Below, one piece after another: positions 1 to 45,473 of a stretch of DNA of 64,000 bases. The DNA is from Setoptus koraiensis (lineage: Eukaryota; Animalia; Arthropoda). Under the pieces are notes generated by a model. It was not told the origin of the DNA. It saw only the letters and a program-made list of their open reading frames with translations, and searched no databases. The first letter of the stretch is position 1; each line of letters opens with the position of its first letter. The stretch is taken from the NCBI GenBank assembly GCA_048013815.1, contig CM106585.1, forward strand, positions 3,534,001-3,598,000, read 5' to 3'. A program made the position numbers and the translations under genes.

Positions 1-1126
1 GCTAATGATAGTTATAGCAGTAGTGTATCATATTATTAGGACATTAGGCGTTTGTTTATGTTTCGATTGTGTTCAGATAAACTGATCGTGAAACTTGGTT
101 ACATGGCATTAGGAATAAACGCTGCCTCAATGTGTTTTCTAGCAACAAGTTGCCACTCTCTATCTCTCTGTTTCTAGTCAGGGATGCCCCATCAAGCTAA
201 CATGGCGCAGATGTGTCGCAACTAGATAAAAGTCGTAATCGCATTTTCATCTCTGATTGCACTTCTATTGACTAGTTGTGTGTGATAACTGAGCTAGAGG
301 AAACAACAAACATATAACGACTTGATTGGAAAAGTTGCACACTGTTCAACGCGCATCTCAACTCTCTTTTTGCCTCCTCTGTCTCTCTGTCTCTCTCCTT
401 CAGTCTTTATCTGTCTAAATGGTTATTTACGGTCGGCAACGCTCAACTTGCTCGCTAGAGATGGAAGACGCCGACGTGTGTTGCTTTCTTGCCTTCGGTT
501 TTTCATTTGTATGTCGTTGTCTGAATTTTACAGTCGGATGCTTGCTCGGAGACGCGATTATTATGTGAACTTTGCAACAGATTCTTCATTATTATTATTC
601 AATACTTACATTACGTGATATTTACTGTGCTAATGTTTGTGGTGATAGCCGGCAAGTGGATGAAACGTAAATGAGCAATCACTGCTGAAATCGCTACCAC
701 TTTGCATATCTGGCTGCACCGGGTGGGCAGGTATACTAAGGCAGTTGTAATGACTTACGCTCTAATTAGAACATGCCAGCTTCTGGCAGCTAAGCTTTCT
801 TTTATTGGAGCCATCTCAACCATGAGAGAATGAGCTAGACAAGAGCGCCAGAAATAAAGGGAGCGAGGGAGTTCTCTGTCTCGCTGTCTGTCTTGTGTCT
901 CATACTCACTCACTGACTATTCGAACGCAAAAGACAACAGGTGAAAAACAAGTTGTGTTTGTGCATGTGTAGTGGCAATATTGACAGTATCAGCCGATGG
1001 ATGTATCTCACCAACATAGGCTTCACTTACACTTCACCTGTGCTACACCGGCTCGACTTGTGAGCCAAAAAGGGATATACGCATGAGTATTCGTGGTGTC
1101 GTAGTCCATACTACAGCAGTATAATA

Positions 1127-1187
1127 CAACAGCAACAGCAGCAGCAGCAACAACAACAACAACAACAGCAACAACAACAACAACAAC
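1127..1187. repeat. (CAA/CAG)n microsatellite
   Basis: Read directly; source of the poly-V ORF 1023-1220. Confidence 0.9.
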
Positions 1188-2536
1188 TAGTGTAATAACA
1201 ACGACGAGATATGGAGCCATCTTTTGGCTCCGTTTTGAGCCTCTTATTTAAAAGCTCAACAGGTTGTAACAGGTTGTAGCGAGTGAGTTACACTTTGCAA
1301 AGAGAGAGAGAGAGAGACTCACCCTACTAACTCAACACTAATAACACCGCACTGAATCATTTGAACTGAAATTACTTTTGTAGCCAATGCAACAGCCAAT
1401 TGAGCAGCGAAAAAAGTAAAAATAGTTGCTGTTGTTAGTCATTAGCTCGACAGCAACCACTGGCGCTGTCGGCACAAGCCGCGCCAAGGCAAGCTTACCA
1501 GAGCACAACCTACAGCCAGCAAAATATAAATAACTGGTTGTTGTATAGGGCCGCACTCTCCCTACCGGCTAATATTAGGGTATCCATTATTTATTAGTTG
1601 CAGTTACTTGCCAGTAGTTGCAATGATTGAAGGGCCAAGCCAGCAACAGCATGGACTTATTTATTTAACTTATGCTGCTGCTATTTGACGGCTCTCTCAA
1701 AACTGTTACTTTCTTAATTTAATAGTATCGAGCTAGCAAAGAACAGAGAAAAGTATTCTCTTGTAGTAAATTCAAAATTGTTACAATCCCTTTGAAAAGC
1801 TTTTGCTATCAATACCGTATTGTTACATAAGACAGAGATTTGTATTGAGTGAAACCAATAAATCAAGGCAATCCACTATTAGCAGTGATTGAGTCAGGCC
1901 ATCGCTAATACTTGCGCACAATGCACTTGCATTTGTTGTCGACGACGATGATATCTGCTGGCACACTTATACTTTTGCTATATGTTTAGATATACTTCAA
2001 TTGAAACTCTGAGATATTCACGCGTGAATACACGCTTTGGCTACAATTATTTGGCGGCTCTTTGCCGACCAGATCATCCAGGCTCTAGCTCGTTCAGTCA
2101 ATGGACAGTCAATTATCGCTGCCGGGAATCAACTTATTATTTCAATCCCATTGAACAAATACACAAATTTGTAGCTAATTCAAGTTGGGCTTTACGACCA
2201 CTTGTAGCTGTCAAGCAAACAAATGATGCTCTCATTCTAGGTCGCAATAAGTTGCCACTTGTGGCGAATTCATATCTTGCCAGATATTGCCAAGTTGTGA
2301 GCATATTGTGACATCATTCGACTGATGGTCACAATTGTCTTTATTGCGGCTAGTCGCGCAAATAGACAAGTGGAAGCAAACTTTTCAACGCAAATTGCGG
2401 CACTTCAATATTTAAACTGTCATTTGCATACCCCTTGAGGCAAGTTAGGCATGTACGAAACAAAATTATAGCAAAGTTTTAGTCGATTCGCTCGATATTT
2501 CCTTTTCTCACTCTTGTCTTACTGATCAAGCGTGAA

Positions 2537-2542
2537 TTTATT
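2537..2542 (-). terminator. Candidate polyadenylation signal (AATAAA) of the Tg1 gene
   Basis: tttatt on + strand, about 140 nt downstream of the stop codon. Confidence 0.45.
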
Positions 2543-2683
2543 ATAGCGAAAAAGTGCAAACTGATCTAGTTTTGCTGGCTGAATTGAACTATTCAAACAT
2601 CAATCGGGATATAAGAGCTCATGATGGGGCACTGGCATAAACATTATGGGGCTCTCCTAGTTGGTTACAAGTTTCAGTTACAA

Positions 2684-2753
2684 TTAACACTTGACAGCGG
2701 ATTTATTCTTGTTTTCCGAAGTTACTTTGGATCCAGTGTCTGGATTGACGCAC
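2684..2753 (-). CDS. Tg1 protein exon 5 (terminal)
   Basis: cctttcag|G acceptor; completes CWCVNPDTG...VKC, stop TAA at 2686-2684. Confidence 0.9.
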
Positions 2754-3639
2754 CTGAAAGGACACAGAAGAAAGAGGCGATTAGTGACATTGATCACATC
2801 ACATTGATGACATAATCACAAGCTAACTATCACTTACCAGCAAGCTTCGCGTCCACATTGTTTGGCTTTGAAGTTTCCATTATTCTCGCAGTCTGTCAAG
2901 TAGGCTGTTCCGATTTGCGAGGGCGCTGTTGAATGATACACACAAATACACAAAGTTGATTTTATAGTTAATTTGCTTGTAATTATACTGGCCATCTATT
3001 GTTGATTAACAGCGGACTGATTGATTAATGCTAATTGATTCAAGCAGCGAAACTGAATCAAGAGTGAACAACTTACGGATGTTTTTCATCGCTTTTGCAC
3101 GCTCTGTCATGCAGGCGCATTTGCGCAGTTCTTTCTTAGGTTGGGTCAACGGATATCCTGTTCATCATAAATTGGTGGATTTATGGTGAAATTTAGTAAA
3201 TTCATTAGTAAATAATCAGTTTATTAGGTGCGAGAAGTGTCATGAGAAATGTCATTGATTGAGTGACTGATTGATTGGTGCATCACTCACCGTCTTTGTC
3301 CCAGCATTGACAGAATGTTGAACCATGATGACATTGCAGTTGGGCATAATTTCCGTCCGCATCACAGTTGGGCACGACAATGGCCAGATTTCCATCTTTG
3401 CCTTGATCTTGTCGGGCCACTTGTTTCTCTGCGTCCTCTCGTTTCCTTTCGCACTCGGTTTTGGCCTCTGTTAATTCGAAGTATTATTATTATTATTATT
3501 AGTCTATGTTATGCTGACGATGTTATCGATGGCGCTGACAAGACAACGATGATGAATTTTGTTGTGTAGACTTACGGCAAAACGAAACGGCCAAAGTGGA
3601 CACTATGAGCACCACAACTAAAACGCTTAAGAATCGCAT
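2684..3639 (-). CDS. Secreted two-domain thyroglobulin type-1 (thyropin-like) protein, 159 aa; join of exons 3576-3639, 3291-3467, 3077-3157, 2838-2925, 2684-2753
   Basis: Manual splicing with GT-AG introns and matching phases (1,1,1,2) gives 480 nt: MRFLSVLVVVLIVSTLAVSFCQAKTECERKREDAEKQVARQDQGKDGNLAIVVPNCDADGNYAQLQCHHGSTFCQCWDKDGYPLTQPKKELRKCACMTERAKAMKNIPPSQIGTAYLTDCENNGNFKAKQCGREACWCVNPDTGSKVTSENKNKSAVKC*. It has a hydrophobic signal peptide, the Tg1 cysteine spacing twice (C..C.G.Y/F..QC..CxC..G..C) and the canonical CWCV motif in domain 2. Confidence 0.92.
2838..2925 (-). CDS. Tg1 protein exon 4
   Basis: ttcaacag|CG acceptor; PSQIGTAYLTDCENNGNFKAKQCGREAC; TG|gtaagt donor, phase 2. Confidence 0.9.
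3077..3157 (-). CDS. Tg1 protein exon 3 (end of domain 1, start of domain 2)
   Basis: gatgaacag|GA acceptor; YPLTQPKKELRKCACMTERAKAMKNI; C|gtaagt donor. Confidence 0.88.
3291..3467 (-). CDS. Tg1 protein exon 2 (most of domain 1)
   Basis: ttaacag|AG acceptor; ECERKRE...VPNCDADGNYAQLQCHHGSTFCQCWDKD; G|gtgagt donor. Confidence 0.92.
3576..3639 (-). CDS. Tg1 protein exon 1 (signal peptide)
   Basis: gaagccATG context; MRFLSVLVVVLIVSTLAVSFC; donor C|gtaagt, phase 1. Confidence 0.88.
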
Positions 3640-3922
3640 GGCTTCGATGTGTGGGGTCACTTGTATGGGTTTCGGTGATACTTGGGCGCTATATCGGGTT
3701 TGTATGGATCGCTGACAATTTAGTTGGTGGACTCTGAACGAAACTAACAAATGTTGAAATGTTCAACTGTTGCCTGTGTCTCTGATACTATATACTATCA
3801 ACAAATATCAGCTAGCGATGAAACAAAAAAGAAACATCTCATACAGCCAGTGGTGCGAGTCATACACAGATATAAACATGGTTCGAGCATGGTTATTTGG
3901 CAATCTAATCAGCAATCAACAG

Positions 3923-3960
<38 letters not shown>

Positions 3961-4640
3961 TCAACATTTCTACATTTGTGTGACATGCACACGGAGCAAG
4001 ATTGTTGTGAGCAAACTGATAAGCAAATAATACTGATGCTAATACTAATAAAAATCATGACGTTAATTGTTGCCCTTATCTAATGGTTAGTTAGAGTTGC
4101 AGCGCGCTTAATTAATGGTTTTATCTCATTCGAGCGTCTCAATAAATCACAACAGAAAAATATCTGACGAATCTGAGCCAGGCTTGACACGGAATTGATT
4201 TTGTGTCAAGAAGCGACGAGTATATCACGTACTAGCTCTCACTCCATCACTTGCCACTTGATACAACTTGCATCAACAGACACATTGGCACTCGAATGAG
4301 TTGTTGCTGTTGAGTTGCTGTTGAATCATCAAGTAGCGACGACATGTATCGAGTTTCTTCTTTTTGTCGCTGTTTCTAGAACAACAACAACGACAACAAC
4401 GACAACGACAACCACGACATTCCTGAGCACGACATGTCGTTTCATTGCCGTTTTTTGTTGCAACTTGCCACAGGCACCCAGATCCAAATGCAAGTGAAGG
4501 TTGCAAATTAATTGCAAATAAAGGCAACAACAAGACGACAACATGTACAATAAACGAGCACTTGAGCAGTAGTCGGCACTAATTAATTAACTCATTGATT
4601 GCCTGTGTGCTGTCTCCTCGGCGGCTGACTCGTCAGCGAC

Positions 4641-4872
4641 TTTATTCAATCAAGCGCCTCATTGGCCTGATCTGGTTTCAGTGACTTCTCAGCGCTCGCC
4701 TACAGCACGTGGTGTCGTTGGCGTTGTTGTTGTCGTTGTTGTCGTTGTTGTTGTTGTCGTTGTTGTTTACACTGCCTGTTTGGCTCACAATTTGCGAGTC
4801 ACCAAGTCAAAAGTCAATGAAAGTATAAACAAGCTCGACAAGTTTGCACTGCATCGTGTGTCTGCGTTTATT
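4641..4872 (-). terminator. Candidate cac polyadenylation signals (AATAAA at 4867-4872 and 4641-4646)
   Basis: Two minus-strand AATAAA hexamers about 220 and 445 nt after the cac stop codon; usage is not shown by sequence alone. Confidence 0.35.
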
Positions 4873-5088
4873 AGTAAGTTATTTGTAATAGTTGTAAATA
4901 GCTCGACGGATCAATTCAATTGTGGGCCTCACATCATCAGACAAACGATTGATACAATGGCTCATGTGTAAATGTCAATGAATTGTGTATAAATGGAATG
5001 GAATGGCATTGCGATTTGTTATAACGTAATTGTTGTAATCCTAACTACAAACTAATAATTGTAATAATAATTAATACAATGTAATTAA

Positions 5089-38240
<33,152 letters not shown>

Positions 38241-38631
38241 CTTGATTCAGAGGCTTGATTTTTTGTTTTGTTTCGTCGATGAGCAACGCACCACCAATGA
38301 TGATTTTGCACGATCTAATAGTACACATCAAACATTTTCCTCTCTGTTTCCGGTCATCGTGCGGTCCACGTCCATACATAAACAGATATAAATATATGTT
38401 ATTTATATACTGACAAGGGATTTATTTCTAAAGAAAAGTCGTGGCTCACAAGCGACATCTAGGTGATAGTGGTCTTACCTTGTGTGATAATACTCAATGA
38501 TAAATCTCAATCATATCTCTCTCATTATCTTATGTCAGTGTTGATCCATGTGTGTTGATGAAAACGAAATTCTAGTTTCAGTTTTTCTGGCATGGACACT
38601 CGTAATTAGATCATTGTCATTAGAATGTCAT
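38241..38631 (-). other. cac: Candidate cac 5' UTR exons (about 38479-38631 and 38241-38409) separated by a 69-nt intron 38410-38478
   Basis: CAAG|gtaaga donor at 38478 and cccttgtcag| acceptor at 38410; no transcript evidence. Confidence 0.35.
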
Positions 38632-41600
38632 CTGCAGCAACTCACACTTAACAAGTTTCGTTCGTGTGCAAATATACACGCAATAACCAATTACAATAAT
38701 TCAATTACAAGTATTGTGTCGCTGATAAAGTTTCCTGTATTTCTGCCCTAACTACAGTCTATTCCGGCCGGTGAGTGAACAGATAACTGAATATTGTTGT
38801 TATTCAATGTTTTGTTGTTTGTAGCAACCTTTTCCAGGCGACCTGCGCTGTTTTTTATGTTGAGGGAAACACAATCAAGTTAGATTATCCTGTTTAGTAC
38901 AGAGTTTTGTACAGGGTCATACACAATACATTACTATGGTGTCTATACTGTTCGCAAAATCATTGCAACTTAACGAGAAAAATACGTATAAATGCGCATA
39001 AATGCCACTGTTAAAAGCACAATTTTTTCTCCACAACTAGCTCACTGAATGTTTCGCCCCAAATGCGCCTACCAAAAGTGTTTATCTCTCTCTCTCTCAC
39101 TAGTGTTTCGCTAATCGCTCTGATGATTATCTCACTTTATATAGGCACGCAACATATTATTGATTATTAACTAGCCTTCGATCGATGCTTGCACATCTAC
39201 GAACAATGATTTCTCAAATGTGCAAAAATATGTTTTTGATTTTACTCAATTGCAAACTTGCATCATTGCCAGTGACAGCCGTTTATAGGGAAAAAGTTTG
39301 TGTCGCACAAGTGCACCTATAGCCGTTCGCGACTGCTTACAATCATTATTACATTCGTCGCATAGTTATCGACTGGTGCAACCAAGCGTGTTGTCGACAA
39401 GCCAGACAAGACGCTGAAACAAGACAATCTCTGCAACAAAAAAAATAGGAGCAATCGGCGAACACGAAAGTCTTGTCGTTGTTTCGTGTTCGACAACTGA
39501 CAAACTTCTATTCATATATTCAATATTCATTTGTCATTTGTCAATCCTTCCTCTCAATCATCGAGTTTTTCATACTTTTTATTTCGCGACTTGTCTCAAC
39601 TCTTATGACACCAATGTGTCAACTATTCATACTGAACAAATGATGGTGACCTTATGATTTGCATAAAAGTCAAATATACCGTTACCATTATGCAAATTGG
39701 GTTATTGATATCACTGGTTACAGTGAACGATAGACACTTATGAAATTGTCGATGGAGCGAAAGAGAGATATCGCAAATCTAACGTTATTTACACGTAGAC
39801 CGACTGCGAATATTCGTGAATATTCACGCAGACCCATTGCAAATACTGATGGATATTCACGCAGACCCATTGCAAATACTAATGGATATTCACGAGCCCA
39901 ATCAAAAATACATGTACCAACTGCGACATATGAGGCAACAATAAATTTATTGTCATGATTGCGCTCGTTTTGACGAATTGTAACACCAGTATCAACTATA
40001 ATACAATATATGACTGTGATTCAAATATTGCAACTCAATAGGTGAGCAAACACGTGCAAATCTGTCTTGGGATCTCCGAGAGTGCAGCTAAATAAAAAGA
40101 GGCCATCACTGACATTGAGCATCCTGTTCGGTCTCTCTAAAGCGAACAGGGCACAGCGAGATCAACGCACCTAGCTACTGGCTAATTGAAGCGGGGTCTC
40201 GCTTCAAAATATAAACTTTTGCACACGAAACCTTTTGTTGCTTGATGAGCGAGGCAACTCGGATAGTGAAATATTCAGCCGATAAATGATCAGTGTGGCG
40301 ATATCACATGGACATAAAGTGGAAATACTTTGCGCCCGCTCTCTGACAGATATTACAGGTCGCTGCCATAAAGACTGCACCATGAGACTCTCTACCGAAC
40401 AGCGTGATAGTCGTAGTCACGCGATGCAGTGTTTGCAATGCTCTAATGGCTGAACTTTTGAGTGAGGCTTCCTTTTCAAAACTATTTGCAAGTTACTTTA
40501 CAGAACAATTCTTTGAAAAAACCTTACACTGGCCTCCTTCCGGGCAGCTACAATGTCACTACAATTGTTGCACAAAAATGCGCTCTAATGCCGAAGATCG
40601 GGATTCCGGGCTCGCAGCACGACTGATCCGCGATTTGGATTTTTTTCAGTCTACGCACAGTTTGGTGTCAGCCAAAGAGCTTGCGGCGCTCGCTATTGCG
40701 AAAAAAGAGGCCCACTTTCGAAAGTATATACTCGCCCTGGAGAGAATTGTAAAAAGAAAAGAAAAGAAGAAAAAACCGTTACTAGCCAACAATAATGCCA
40801 GCCAACAAAAATACTGGCCAACTATAACAATTTTGCGCTCTCTCTCCCTCTCTCATCGAAGCAAAACGCCTGCCAAGGTGAATAAGAGATCCCGCGCACC
40901 ATGTGGATATTGATAATTCACTATTCAGTAATGGCAAGATAACAGTGGATATTTTGCGTTGCAATATAATAGCGTAAAATCGTATTATTAGCCAGTGATA
41001 GCCAGCGAAAAAGCTCAACGTTAGACAAACTGTGGCAAGGAGAGAGATTATATATAATGCCCGATGACAATTATTGGAGGCGATATCGTACTCATTATCA
41101 GCAGCATGACCACACAACAATAACTTTCTATCTTTTATTTGTTAAAAAGAGCCACTGTATCTCGTGATTTGCACTCGCTCCTCGTAACCTTTCATCTTCC
41201 GGCGAGCTTGTTATTTCTTCACGAGTGTGCGAGCGAACACAAAGACGACTCAATGAAATTGAGAGGAAAAAAAACAATTTCGCTTATTCTTCTTTTTTTT
41301 TCAGAGGCTAGCCCGCTCACGAGAATTATATCGGGCTCAAGAGCGAGCAGAAGTGAGTTGCAAAAGTATAAAAGTAAAAAAGGGCCCCTTTGGCTCAACC
41401 CAAAAGGAAATAACTGGGCCACTTTCTATTGTGAATGGTCAGCGCTGATTTCGTTGATTCTTCGAATGGTGACGTGATTTTATCTGTGCGTCCACTGTTA
41501 GCAAAGCTGGCCGCTTTTCTGTAAATAGTCAGTTAGACCAGATAAGTTAGTAGATTGACCTATAGACATAATCTTTGTGATATAAATGACGCACACATGG

Positions 41601-43227
41601 TTAAACAAAAGATGATGATAATCCCCATAACTGTGTCCCGCTGTAAAGTGTATCTGGCAGTGGCCAGTAAATGTCAGTTAATAGTGGCATTAATGTAGCA
41701 AAAAGATATATATATATATATATCAAGTTGATTATTTCATGACAACCGCCAGTGCAGCTAGCCAGTTAGTTACGTAACCGCTAAACGTAACTAGTTGACG
41801 CAAGTAGTTTGATATCGCGCAAGTGAGATGGCGCTGCTTGTGTATGATAAGAGAGGCAAATTTTATCAACTGGAATTGGCGAAACATTGAAAAAATAACA
41901 CAACAACAAGAAAAAAGACAACTGACATATGCAAGCCCCTATGTGATGTTAGCGGGGATTTTGGTGCGAAATACAGCGCCAACGGGGTTAAAAGTCAGTT
42001 TATAATCGCATGTAACAGAGCGAATGTTATAAATTTGCTCCCAGGTGATTGAATCATTTTGTCGTATTTTTTCGCTGGCGCATTTGTAATGTGTCCAGTG
42101 AAAACATTATCATCAGTCTCACAACTGTCCATTATGTGATTATAATACGTGTATTATAATCACTGTCGCATGTATAACTATTACGCGTGTGTTTATTGTG
42201 AATGCAATATCCATTTACATCAGCATCATTGCGTAATCTTTTGATTATCACATAATCTTACATAATCTGAGCAACTGATGCTGAGCTATTAGATAAAACG
42301 GACATTGCTTTTGCCCGTCTGTTGGCATCTGTTTGGTCTTTTGTTGTTGTTGTTGTCGTTGGAGTAGTTTTAGTTGCTGCTGTTGCTGTTGTTGTTCGAC
42401 AATCTCCGATTGTGATCACAACAGTGTTGTGAGCCACTTTGAATTATGTAACGTTGCTTGCTGATGACGCTGCCACTGGTCCATTTGCAGACTATTCTAT
42501 TGTGTGTGTGTGTGTTGGCAATAAAATACTTTTCTATTTCAGCCACAAATTAACCAGTTATACAGCATCGTAATTGAAACTGGTGCATTTAGACAGGAAG
42601 TGCGCAACACAACAATGAGTGAAATTCACTGAAAGAAGTGAGCGGCCTCAATGCCATTGAGTTCGCTGGAATAAAAATAAAATAAAATAAAGGCAAAGAG
42701 AAGCATTGCAGCGAGCATCGCATGCTCTTTAGCACTCGACATCGGCCTGATGTTCAGCTGTCAAATGGTGCCGGGTCAGTTTGTGTGGCGCGTTGAAAAG
42801 AGCCCCAATTGACTTAATTTAATTGAGAGCAAATTTAAATTTGGCGCTCCATTGTGCCAGAATTGTGGGCATCGCTGACACCGAATGGGTTGGATGAAAG
42901 CCGGATAAAAGGGTTAATTATTGGCTCACCATTGCATCATGTTGATGGCGATACAACTCGCGACACACAGCCCGCTTTTTAACTGGACAGACTGGATTCG
43001 AGAGGGGACACTATGCAGACAATGTACGGATAATATACAGACAATATACAGATAATACTCAGGCATTGGTCGGGCTCTGTGAGAGTCCATTATCTCGGCG
43101 AGTGTAAAACCTGGCGATATCAAGTTGTGACAGGGATCAGTTGTGCCTTTGCGACACCGTTTTATAATTGAATTGCTGGCTGCCACTGTTGTGTGCCGGC
43201 AATCACACTATCCCTGTCGCATTCACC

Positions 43228-43293
43228 TCGACTGGCCCCACTGGCTCGACTGGCCCCACTAACTCGACTGGCCCCACTAACTCGACTGGCCCC
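43228..43293. repeat. 18-mer tandem repeat (ctcgactggccccactaa-like) x~4
   Basis: Read directly; yields the STGPT repeats in ORF 43168-43545. Confidence 0.8.
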
Positions 43294-43447
43294 GCTAGCA
43301 GGGCTGCCATCGCCCAGAGGAACCGACACGAAATGAGAGGAGCCCCCGTGTTTGCAGTCATGCCTTTAGAGTGCCCTGGTGGCGGGTCCACGGAGAGCAC
43401 GGTGCTCTGGCGAGCAGCAATTTGGGGTACTTTGGTGCAAATTGAAA

Positions 43448-43484
<37 letters not shown>

Positions 43485-44964
43485 TATAGAGTGTCAATGG
43501 GCAGGCATCGATCTCACTTTATCGGGCACTTGGCAACTGCAGTAATGGCAAGCAATAAGATGCTCAAATTCCTCCTCGGGGACCCCCGATCCAGTGACTG
43601 CTCGCTACACTGGCCTCCATTTGACTAACCACCAAAGTGATGGTCAAGTTGTGTTTGGCGCTCCAGTCACCAGAGTTCAGTGTCGGTTTGTTGGGTAAGT
43701 TGCTGGCAGTGTCATCACGCCAGCTGATGCTGTTGTTAAAATACGCCAATATACACCAAAGAACAATATATATATAGATATATATTGGCCTCATCCTTAT
43801 CTGGCTGCTTTATCGACACACCGTCAATTATGTGCAACGAATGATATAGCGCAAGCGGATGATCACCCCGACATCGGCCAACACCAATGAATATAAATTA
43901 AACGCGCTAGGGGCCACACGGCCGTTCACATTGGTGGCCGCAACAATTATTCGTGGCACTTCGGACAATCGCACAGCAAATGGGACACGGGCATCGCTTT
44001 CTCTCGCTATTCGCTTATTTCCATTCGAATGGCTTGTGTGTGATTTGCAGTTCCAGTTTCAGTTGCAAGCCAATTCCAGCGAATTCTGGATTCTTTCTGC
44101 AAATTTATTCTTTACTCTGCCAACATTGCTCTACGTTGTTCAGGCTCCACATACCAATTGAGCATGCACATTTTACACATACACACATGTCTGTTTTTAG
44201 TTAGCTCGCTGGCGTGTATATTTTTGCATAAAATTAACTTTGTTCAACAAAGTTTGTTGTGTGTGTGTATGTGCAAAACATCGCACCACCATCTCACAGT
44301 TTCGTATGCTCACACATGCTCAGTGGCGCAGAGCCTCGGGGTCATTGCATCAGCTTGGCACGCTTGTGTTTTGGGTAAAATACAAATGTAAAACAAAACA
44401 GAATAAGGCTCATTTTATCCGCCGAACGTGAGAAGAAACGTCCGAGAGCAAGAAAAAACAAACAGACCTAAAGCTGATCAGTTTATCCGAGACACAGCAG
44501 GTGGCAAGGCAACTATCGCCGGCTAATAGTCGCTTGCCATTGTTGTCGTGTGAGTGCAACCAAAAGTCACTAACAAATGTAAGCGACGGGGGCTAATGGG
44601 GCCAAATTGAGAGTCGAGCAGAGAGTGTCGGCGATAAACAGTCAGTATCGTGTGAGCTGGCCTTTAAATCGATTAGACAATTCACGGTATTGATAGTAAT
44701 GACAGTTATTATCATTGTTGTTGTTGTTGCTGTTGTTGTAACGCTGAATAATAATGATTATTATAATAATGACAATTGTGTGTGTGTTAAATGAGTCTGC
44801 TTGTAGCGAGCTTGATGCGAGCACTTATTTATTGGGGCTCGCTGTATTTGTAGTTGGCTGATGCAGCCACAGCACCAATTGTGCCGATAACGGCCAATAA
44901 CTAGCTCGATTTATGTCACTCATACAAGGGCCAAACCGGCCCGAGTCGGCCCGCCACGTGGGTA

Positions 44965-45059
44965 CCTATGTGACCCTATGTACCCTATGTACCCTGCGTA
45001 CACGGTGTACATAGGGTACATGGTGTAGGCAGGGCAAATGGGGTACATAGGGTCACAGG
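44965..45059. repeat. Nested fold-back element: 17-bp perfect outer inverted repeat TGTGACCCTATGTACCC (44969-44985 / 45041-45057) around an inner 15-of-17-bp inverted repeat
   Basis: Arms checked as reverse complements by eye. Confidence 0.8.
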
Positions 45060-45396
45060 ATTGGTTTTGCAGAGTTCACTTTGCAGGGTTCGTGGGGCCC
45101 GTTGGGTGCATAGGGCACATGATGCCACCACGAGATAGACTGAATGCCGGCCCGGCCATGAGTCAATATCGATGGGGGGTGAGGGGGCGACGGAAGAGAA
45201 GAATGTGCGCTAATGTAACGCTTTCGGAATGGAAATGGCTGCTCTTTTACTTATTTATTATACGCTCATCAGCTGTAGTACGTATAATAATATTATCAAG
45301 GCGCGAGCTATATCTAATCTGAGCCAGTTAGATGATCCATCGATGCGTTCGAATGTGATGCCGCTCAAATGATTGCTCATTCTCGAAATGGCTGCT

Positions 45397-45398
<2 letters not shown>

Positions 45399-45472
<74 letters not shown>
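45399..45472. repeat. Perfect (CA)n microsatellite, about 37 units
   Basis: Read directly. Confidence 0.95.

Positions 45473-45473
<1 letters not shown>

Noticed and set aside
40123-40175. 8-bp hairpin followed by CTAG, like a Helitron 3' end
   Set aside because: Stem short enough for chance, spacing to CTAG longer than typical, no Rep/helicase remnant or 5' end.
40404-40913. 169-aa plus-strand ORF
   Set aside because: Non-ATG start, no recognisable domain, K-run derived from A-tracts; cannot be supported without a search.
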